This document shows, one piece after another, positions 1-5,651 of a stretch of DNA of 5,651 bases. The stretch's first letter is position 1; each line of letters opens with the position of its first letter. The notes under the pieces are model-generated. The model made no database searches. It was not told where the DNA came from and was given only the letters and a program-made list of their open reading frames with translations. Origin of the DNA: Fonticula alba ATCC 38817 (Eukaryota; Protista; Nucleariida); assembly GCA_000388065.2 (NCBI GenBank), contig KB932202.1. The stretch is one strand, 5' to 3'. The position numbers and the translations under genes are program-made.

Positions 1-370
1 GTCGAATGCGATGCTCGAGACCCGTTCGTACGTGCCCGCGGCTGCCCCTTGCCCCAAGTGGCCCTCCTGCCAGCTGCTCCTTGGCTCCCGCTGACTTTCC
101 CGCCCGGCTCCTCTGCTCCTCCCCTCCTCTCCTTGCCCGGAACACAGGGACAACCCTGACAACTATGGCCCTTGCTGCCGGTGCTCGGTCCTCGGCGATT
201 GCCCGACCGGATACAGCGCCTGTGGCCACTCCAGCAAGGAGTGCGCTTGCTGCCTCCAGGACCGCTCCTGCCAGCTGCAGGGCACTCCGGACGATGGGGA
301 GCTCCCGCCCACGATCCCCGACGATTGGGATCTGCGCATCCTGTGGCGCTGCCACCGTGGGCCCCTCTAA
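1..370 (+). CDS. 3' part of a spliced gene (partial exon <1-27, intron 28-147, last exon 148-370); hypothetical protein with Cys-rich C-terminus ...SNAMLETRS/DNPDNYGPCCRCSVLGDCPTGYSACGHSSKECACCLQDRSCQLQGTPDDGELPPTIPDDWDLRILWRCHRGPL*
   Basis: Manual translation. Donor GTACGT 28-33, branch-like GCTGAC 90-95, AG-free pyrimidine tract to CAG 145-147. Phases match (TC|G). Frame is open 149-370, ending TAA 368-370, and codons mostly end in G/C. The start lies outside the window. Confidence 0.75.
28..147 (+). other. Spliceosomal intron, 120 nt, phase 2
   Basis: GTACGT...GCTGAC...CAG; contains in-frame TGA 92-94, so it must be removed to keep the frame. Confidence 0.8.
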
Positions 371-592
371 ATGGCTCCCTCCCGCCCCCCCCCCTCTCTC
401 TCTCTCTGCTTCCCCTTCTCCCTCTGACTGGTCCTGTTGTCCACAGGTCGCGAGAGTCTCCCCCCTTATACCTTTCCCTTGTCAGTTAAGCGCCCTCCCC
501 CCTTTACACTTGTTCAAATCCCCACCTTCCTTTCCGCTTGGGTCCCCTGTGTACCATGCACCTGTGAAGCTGGCGTTCCGAAAAAAAAAGCC

Positions 593-614
593 CCAACAAA
601 CAAACAAACAAACA
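593..614 (+). repeat. (CAAA)n tetranucleotide microsatellite with a nearby A8 run, in the spacer between convergent genes
   Basis: caacaaacaaacaaacaaacaa read directly; aaaaaaaa at about 581-589. Confidence 0.9.
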
Positions 615-658
615 AGCACACCACAGCCAGAGCAGGGTCCATTTGATGTGTCTACCAT

Positions 659-1054
659 CTACTGAAAGGTCACACGCGCCGGTCCGACCCCGCCTCGGGT
701 ATTTGGGTGTACGCACTCGGCCGGCAGGCGGAAGACCATGCTGATGGTTGGCCGGTCGGTGCCGGTGAAAAGATCCACCGGGGGCGGCCCGGACCCGGGG
801 CGCCAACCGGTCGGAGGGCGCCGCACCCGCAGGTGGACTGTTAGTGGGGCAAATTCCTCGCGCGAGAGGCGCCGGCGGAAGAGGCACCGCAGGCACAGGC
901 CCTCCGGGCGTTGGCGGATGTCCGATGCCAGCTCTTCGCCATAGTGCCGGAGCTGGGCATTGGGCACTGACCCGCGGAAGGCCAAGCTGGTGCTTGTTTC
1001 CGCCGGCACAAAATGGATGGGCTCGGGGAAGTGCGACTTCAGGACCCCGGCCAT
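659..1054 (-). CDS. Coding segment MAGVLKSHFPEPIHFVPAE...; either the terminal exon(s) of gene B (entered at 1036) or an independent 131-aa gene; the 3' end may contain further small introns
   Basis: ORF track 659..1228. The part upstream of 1054 is a C/T-rich non-coding-like tract. ATG at 1054 has an AAAATGG context. AAG acceptor at 1039-1037 is in phase with the donor at 1251. Extra donor-like sites: GTGCGG 826 and GTGCGT 716. Confidence 0.6.
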   Translation of the reverse strand: MAGVLKSHFPEPIHFVPAETSTSLAFRGSVPNAQLRHYGEELASDIRQRPEGLCLRCLFRRRLSREEFAPLTVHLRVRRPPTGWRPGSGPPPVDLFTGTDRPTISMVFRLPAECVHPNTRGGVGPARVTFQ

Positions 1055-1251
1055 TTTGAAAAGCCAAGAGGGCAGCGAGAGAAGAAAAGAAGGGACGACG
1101 GAGGGGAGGGGAGGGGGGAGGGGGCGAAAAAGGGGTGAGGAACAAGCAAAGGCAAAACACAGAAGCAAAGGCAGGCAGTGCATATGAGCACACTCGCTTT
1201 CTCTCGCCCTCTCCCCTGCCCCGGCCACCTGTAATGGTGTCCGACACGCAC
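1037..1251 (-). other. Probable intron, 215 nt, phase 0, linking gene B to ORF 659-1054
   Basis: GTGCGT donor at 1251, CCTCAC at 1140-1135, no AG on the - strand from 1192 to 1039, first AG in phase. Confidence 0.5.
1103..1124 (+). other. Canonical G-quadruplex-forming motif GGGGAGGGGAGGGGGGAGGGGG
   Basis: Four G-runs of 4 or more separated by single A loops; it is the complement of the pyrimidine tract upstream of ORF 659-1054. Confidence 0.6.
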
Positions 1252-3109
1252 GCTCATGAGGAACTGGTTGTTCACCAGCTGCAGGGTTTGGTCACCAAGG
1301 CGCACGGACGCCGTGCACAGCCAGCCGGCCTGCTCCGAGCGAAGCTCGGCCGCCAGGTGGGGACTCACATTGTCCGACAGGAGAATGCTGACCGCGAAGC
1401 CGGTGGCCCCGGCGACCGGCAGCGGCTCCGGGCCCGGGCTTGGCAAATCCACGCTGGCTGCCAGATTGAGTGGCCACACCAGCGCGGTGGAGGTGGTGTT
1501 CATGGACACCGACTCGTCGGATCCTTCATCGGCTGGCTCGCCCGGGCGAGATGCCTGCCCGGCGCCAGGGACCTGCCAGGGGACGCTGCTCTGCTCGAGG
1601 TTCGATTGACGGACATCCAGCCCCAGAACCGAGGCCAATGCGGTCTCCGGCGACACCGAGCCCATGGTCCCGCCGGGGGAGGAGGTGGCGGCCATGCTCC
1701 GGCCGGGCTGATTCATGTCGACGGCGAGCAGACGCCGATGCGGATCGACCAGTGCCGCTCCGGCCCCCCCGGAGGGGGCCATGCCGCCGAGGTCCGGGGC
1801 GCCATTGGCCGCCGCGGCCAGGGCGTCATACCGCGACACAACCAGCACCGACAGGGGCTTTGGGTAGGCGGTGTCGACGTCGGTCCAATCTATCCATGTG
1901 TCACGGTCGGTGAGCGTGGGTTGGGGGGGAGGAGCAGGAGCAGGAGCAGGAGCAGGAGGCGGAGGGGCCCCCTTCGCGGAGGTGGACACAAGGTCGAGGA
2001 GAGAGCATCAGAGAGGGGGACGCACCCAGTTCGATCGGCACAGAGACGGCATAGACACCAAGCCAACGGCCATCCGGACGACCGAGAGGGCGCGCCTGCG
2101 ACAGGGAAACCGTGTGCTTGTGTTCCTTCGGGCGCGGGGCTCCATTGAAGCCGGACCCGGGGGAGAGCGTGTCGGCGGCCGGAGAGCAGACCGCCGGCGG
2201 GACCGAAAACCAGCCGCCAGCCCTGCCATCGACTGGACTCGGCGATCCGGGGGCACGATCGCTCGCCGGGAAGTCCGGACAGAAAGTGTCCACCGGTCGC
2301 TGAGACAAGCGCGTGGAGCGCTCCAGCAGCAGCGGCACCTCGGCCGTCAGTGACTCGACCCCGGCAATGCCCAAGCCAAGTTGGGCTGAGGAGAAGAAGA
2401 AGAAGAAGAAGAAGAAGGAGAGGAGGAGGAAGAAGAAAAGCAGACAACCGCAACCCCCGGAGGCATGGCGGAGGAAGTGGTCCTTTTTTGTTAGCACAAG
2501 AAAAAAAGCGCCCAAGCCGGCCAAAGGGACAGGCACTCGAAGGCCTTGCGACGCACGTCCGAGGAAGCCCCCGGTTGAGGGGGCATTCGAGGTCAGGGCC
2601 GACAGCGGCCGCATGGAGTCCATGTTGTGCGAGGACCACTTGAAGTAAATCTGCCCTTCATGCCGGGCACGCGCGATCACCTGGTTGGCATACCCCCGGA
2701 CGAAGGCCATATCCGCGCGCTGGCTGGCATCCAGATGGTCCAGATCCGGGTTGATCAGGAGGATGGCCACAGCGTGAATGGTGTCCCCGGGAGCGGCGGC
2801 GCGGGTGGCGGCGGTGGTGGACGCCGCCGAGGGGCTTACACCAGGGCCCGGGCGAGCGGCCACGCTTCCGCAGATGACCGGGGGGGATTGGTGACCGCTG
2901 AGGGCGCCGGCCAGGCGCTCGCGAAAGTCCGAGTGCGATGGGAGGATCGGCCGCCCGGGGGCCGGGCTTTCCAGGGACTCTTCGGCGAAGAGTTCGGCAA
3001 AGTGCGACAGGGAGTTCTTCGTCAAGACCAGCAGCAGGTCGGTCGTGTAGTAGCACGACTCCACCGGCCATTGCGGCGCTGATGAAGCGGGGGCACCGGT
3101 GAGGGGCAT
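1252..3109 (-). CDS. Gene B, multi-exon hypothetical protein (exons 3109/3118-2557, 2385-2026, 1889-1252; 517 aa, about 642 aa if joined to 1036-659); N-terminus weakly AAGAB/Irc6-like; true 5' end uncertain
   Basis: ORFs 1901..3328 and 1039..1989 are joined by phase-compatible introns. 2556..2386 (GTGCGT..CAG, phase 1) gives GFLG-PQLGLG. 2025..1890 (GTGCGT..TAG, phase 1) gives VPIEL-DWTDVD. Low-complexity stretches in the ORF track fall inside these introns. Confidence 0.7.
1890..2025 (-). other. Intron, 136 nt, phase 1
   Basis: GTGCGT donor, GCTCAC 1915-1910, TAG acceptor 1892-1890. It changes frame between the two long ORFs. The AAG at 1972 is out of phase. Confidence 0.7.
1931..1954 (+). 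repeat. (GGAGCA)4 hexanucleotide repeat, intronic
   Basis: Read directly; lies within intron 1890-2025. Confidence 0.9.
2386..2556 (-). other. Intron, 171 nt, phase 1, with no in-frame stop
   Basis: GTGCGT donor 2556-2551, GCTAAC 2495-2490, long (CTT)/(CCT) tract, CAG 2388-2386. Confidence 0.75.
2393..2416 (+). repeat. (GAA)8 microsatellite within a purine tract 2389-2441 (polypyrimidine tract on the - strand)
   Basis: Read directly. Confidence 0.95.
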
Positions 3110-3120
3110 TGCTTGTCTCT

Positions 3121-3132
3121 GTGTGTGCGTGC

Positions 3133-3168
<36 letters not shown>
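3121..3168 (+). repeat. Compound (GT)n/(GCGT)n microsatellite
   Basis: gtgtgtgcgtgcgtgcgt(gt)n read directly. Confidence 0.95.
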
Positions 3169-3169
<1 letters not shown>

Positions 3170-3265
3170 GTTCGTGTTTAGGTCGTCAGCGGACCGGAGG
3201 GGAGATGGCAGCCCCCCAAGACCCGCAGAGGGCAGACACAGGCGCCGGAGGGTGCAGGGTAACCG

Positions 3266-3285
3266 GGCGAGGCGAGGCGAGACGA
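3266..3285 (+). repeat. (GGCGA)3 pentamer repeat plus one degenerate copy
   Basis: ggcga ggcga ggcga gacga. Confidence 0.7.
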
Positions 3286-3361
3286 GGAGGCGGACGGGAG
3301 GGGGACAGGGGTGTGTGCGTGTGGGCATGCTCCGCGTACGACGTGCAGCGTCTAGCGGGTG

Positions 3362-3381
3362 NNNNNNNNNNNNNNNNNNNN
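3362..3381. other. Assembly gap (20 N)
   Basis: Run of N; the true length is unknown, so frames across it are unreliable. Confidence 1.
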
Positions 3382-3738
3382 CCCCGGGACGCGAATGCTC
3401 CCAAAACCCGCGGCGCAGCGTTTCTCGTCTGGCGACACATATGGTTGCGTTGGGAGCTGCATGTCCGATCTTCCGCAGCCCGGCGCCCGGGGGGGGCGAG
3501 CCCGCGTTCGGGGCAACCGGCCGGCGGGAAGCTTCGCACCCCGAAACGCCTGGTGTTTGTTATGCGTATTGTGCAAATGCAGGGGTGTGGTTGCTGGCAT
3601 GGGCGTGGAAATGGCACGAGGAGGGGCGGAGTGCTGGACACACGGGGGGCATGGTGCATTACACGATGTATTGGTCTATTTTTGTGTCCGTCCCGTGGAT
3701 CCCGCCTGGGGGGCACGCACACACACAGTGAGACGGAC

Positions 3739-5552
3739 TTACTCAAATTCACTGGCCGGGGCGGCGGAGGCCGCCACCGGGGCTGACTGCCCGTCGGCCG
3801 GGGGCGCCTGAACCACGTCGGCCACCAAGGATGCCAGCAGGGCACACCCGAGACCCAGGAGAAGGCCCTCGTGTGTGGACGTGGCGCTGGTGGTGGCAGC
3901 CGAGGAGAGGCGGACACCGGCCAGGAGCCCGGCCCGCAGGGCCTCCAAGTGCGCCGGGCGGCTGGGCAAAGAGCATGAAGGGACCGCCGTGCCGGGGGCC
4001 GGGCTGAAGGCCGCTTCGGCTATCGGTGACTCCCACCGACTGGCAGGGAGGGCCTCCTCCACGGCCTCGCCAGCCCGGACGCGTGCCCAGTCAGGGGCCT
4101 GATAATGGGCACAGCTGACCGGGGCCCGCGAGAGGAGGGCCAGCGGCCCGCCCAGAGCCGTGCGGGTGCCCTCCTCACCGAGGCCGGCTGCCCGGAAGGA
4201 GGACGGCGGCGGCCGTGCGCTCCACTCGGCCAGGGCGCGCACGCAGCGCAGGGCCACCCGCGTGGGCGAGCCATCCGGCCAGATGTGAGCCCCGGCATCG
4301 GCCAGCAGGGATGCCGCGTCGGCCAGACCCAGCCACAGCGCCGGGAGTTGCGCCTGCGCCTGGAGCGCGAGGTAGTAGTCAAGCAGGAGGACTGCCAGTC
4401 GCGAGGAGGGTCAGAAATGGGAACGGACAAAGCCAGGCAGGGCGGCCATGGGAACACGTACAAACGAGAGCACGCAGCCGACCCGGCCCGGGGGCCAGAC
4501 CGCCGGTTGCCTCGGGGCCCAGGAGCTGCTGCCGCAGCCGGCACATACTCAGCAGCAGGGGGGCGATGGACTCGGCCACCGGGCGCGGCATCCGGATCAG
4601 GGTTTCAACCGCCAGCGCTCCGGCCGGGGCCTCAAGGTGCAGGGCCACCATGCACACGGTGGCCCGGTCCATGCCAGCCGCCTCGGCCAAGCGTAGGAGC
4701 TCCAGCGCATCGGTGCAGGTATTCCCCGGGGCGAAGTAGGGCCCCTGGCCGGCAAGTGCCACAGCTCCAACCCCCAGGTAGAGGGCCATGGTCATCGTGT
4801 CCTGGCGGGCTGCCGGCGGGGCAATCCCCGGCAGAGCCTTCAGGCAGGCCCGGACAAGCGTCTCCAGGGCCTGAAGGCTGTGCGGGGGATTCAGTGCCAG
4901 AGGGGTGGCATCGGCGGCGCGCCCATGCAAATCCTCCCCCGGGGCCAGTGTCGTGGGGCAGTACCCCGGCACTGGCAAAACCAAGCGCAGGGCCAGGCGG
5001 CGCTGCCGAGCGCGGATTTGTGCCAGACGCTCCGAAGCGCCGGGGGCCTCCTGCAGGGCTAGCTGATGGGCCTCATGCCGGTCGAGACTGACCGCAGCCG
5101 ACTCCTTGGCGAAGGGCTCGAGTTGGGCCAGAGCAAGCGGCACCACCGAAACCAGCGCCTCGAAGGCTCGCCGAAGGTAGGCCGCGTTGAGGCGGTTCCG
5201 AGACAGGACCGACTGGCCCTCGTCCTGGGGGCCTGCGCCCAGGGGCCGGTCAGCTGGAGCGCCGACCGCCCGACGGCAGGTCGCCTGGTCGGCGTTGCCG
5301 GGCATGAACCACTACGCGTGTATCTTGCGATGTTAGCATCCACCTTGGGAGAGGGAAAGGGGGGGGGGGGGGAGGAGGGGGAGGAGGGCCTTCACGTACG
5401 CCCGGGCGTAGAAGCAGGGGAAGGTAACTCGACTTGGCAGCCTGCGAGGACGCCCGCTGACAGGGGGAGACCGAGGCCGCGCCCTCGTCACAGCCGTCCG
5501 AGTCGGACGAGGAGAAATCCAGCCCACCGAAGGCGTCCTCAAGGTCGTTCAT
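3739..5552 (-). CDS. Gene C, 3-exon hypothetical protein (5552-5400, 5311-4462, 4391-3739; 551 aa); acidic/Ser-rich N-terminus MNDLEDAFGGLDFSSSDSDG followed by an Ala/Leu-rich, probably alpha-helical body
   Basis: ORFs 5250..5615, 4379..5305 and 3739..4257 are joined by GTACGT introns 5399..5312 (phase 0, RPG-WFMPG) and 4461..4392 (phase 1, RALV-FLLLDYY). Total 1656 nt = 552 codons ending TAA. No family recognised. Confidence 0.8.
4392..4461 (-). other. Intron, 70 nt, phase 1
   Basis: GTACGT donor, TCTGAC 4415-4410, CAG 4394-4392. Confidence 0.85.
5312..5399 (-). other. Intron, 88 nt, phase 0, containing a C14 homopolymer (G14 at 5359-5372 on +)
   Basis: GTACGT donor, GCTAAC 5337-5332, TAG 5314-5312. 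Confidence 0.85.
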
Positions 5553-5625
5553 GATGGAGGATGGCCAAGCGAGAGCAGCGGTACAGGAAGGGCAGCGAGG
5601 CGGGAGCGGATGCAAAAAGGAGGCC

Positions 5626-5651
5626 GTGTGTGTGTGTGTGTGTGTGTGTGT
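5626..5651 (+). repeat. (GT)13 microsatellite running off the window end, upstream of gene C
   Basis: Read directly. Confidence 0.95.

Larger units (their letters stand above)
3119..3339 (-). other. Probable intron (221 nt) upstream of the first clear exon of gene B; either 5'UTR or coding phase 0
   Basis: GTACGC donor at 3339, GCTGAC 3190-3185, AG-free CA-repeat stretch, CAG 3121-3119. Confidence 0.55.

Noticed and set aside
6-665. ORFs 6..665 and 172..489
   Set aside because: They are Ser/Pro/Ala- or Leu/Pro-biased frames running through intron and spacer; the third frame fits splice signals and codon bias better.
1890-1989. MSTSAKGAPPPPAPAPAPAPPPQP Pro-Ala N-terminus of ORF 1039..1989
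   Set aside because: It lies inside the phase-compatible intron 2025..1890, begins at GTG, and is the translation of a (CCTGCT)n tract.
2483-2536. Alternative 54-nt intron GTGCCT...GCTAAC...AAG
   Set aside because: It has a weaker donor and would leave the poly-Phe tract coding; the GTGCGT/CAG pair fits better.
2313-2648. Poly-Lys/poly-Arg + strand ORFs resembling nuclear localisation signals
   Set aside because: These are translations of the (GAA)8 microsatellite in an intron of the opposite-strand gene.
1880-3090. TRAPPC11-like fragments (QWPVESC, ELDW) in gene B
   Set aside because: Only tiny motifs match, and spacing and protein length are inconsistent with TRAPPC11 as I recall it.
3504-3549. 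Imperfect inverted repeat GCGTTCGGGG / CCCCGAAACGC in the intergenic region
   Set aside because: It is a short stem with a bulge in very GC-rich DNA and shows no tRNA, snoRNA or terminator hallmarks; chance is likely.
3099-3917. ORFs spanning the N gap and GT repeat
   Set aside because: Their frames depend on an arbitrary gap length and their content is repeat-derived or non-protein-like.
1135-5091. Long + strand ORFs (1135..2148, 2627..3082, 4105..5091 and others)
   Set aside because: They are Arg/Gly/Pro-rich antisense shadows of GC-rich - strand exons; stop depletion is expected at this GC content.
1-5651. CRISPR arrays, transposons, tRNA/rRNA, prokaryotic operon or defence system
   Set aside because: I saw no spaced direct repeats, terminal repeats, transposase/RT motifs or RNA gene signatures; the region is intron-containing eukaryotic DNA.

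Overview
This is GC-rich eukaryotic genomic DNA with compact spliceosomal introns (GT[A/G]CGT donors, CTRAC-type branch points, long pyrimidine tracts), several microsatellites and a 20-N assembly gap. The style suggests a GC-rich unicellular eukaryote such as Fonticula, but that is an impression and cannot be confirmed here. The ORF track is misleading because the real genes are spliced. I reconstruct three units: (A) the 3' end of a + strand gene whose last exon (148-370) encodes a 10-Cys C-terminal domain missing from the ORF track; (B) a - strand multi-exon gene (about 3109 to 1252) that probably continues into ORF 659-1054, giving about 640 aa, with a weak AAGAB/Irc6 (p34)-like N-terminal motif; (C) a - strand 3-exon gene (5552 to 3739, 551 aa) encoding an Ala/Leu-rich, probably helical hypothetical protein. 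I found no RNA gene, mobile element or CRISPR array, and no clear novel multi-gene system. The most interesting signals are the Cys-rich domain, the AAGAB-like motif and the intron architecture.
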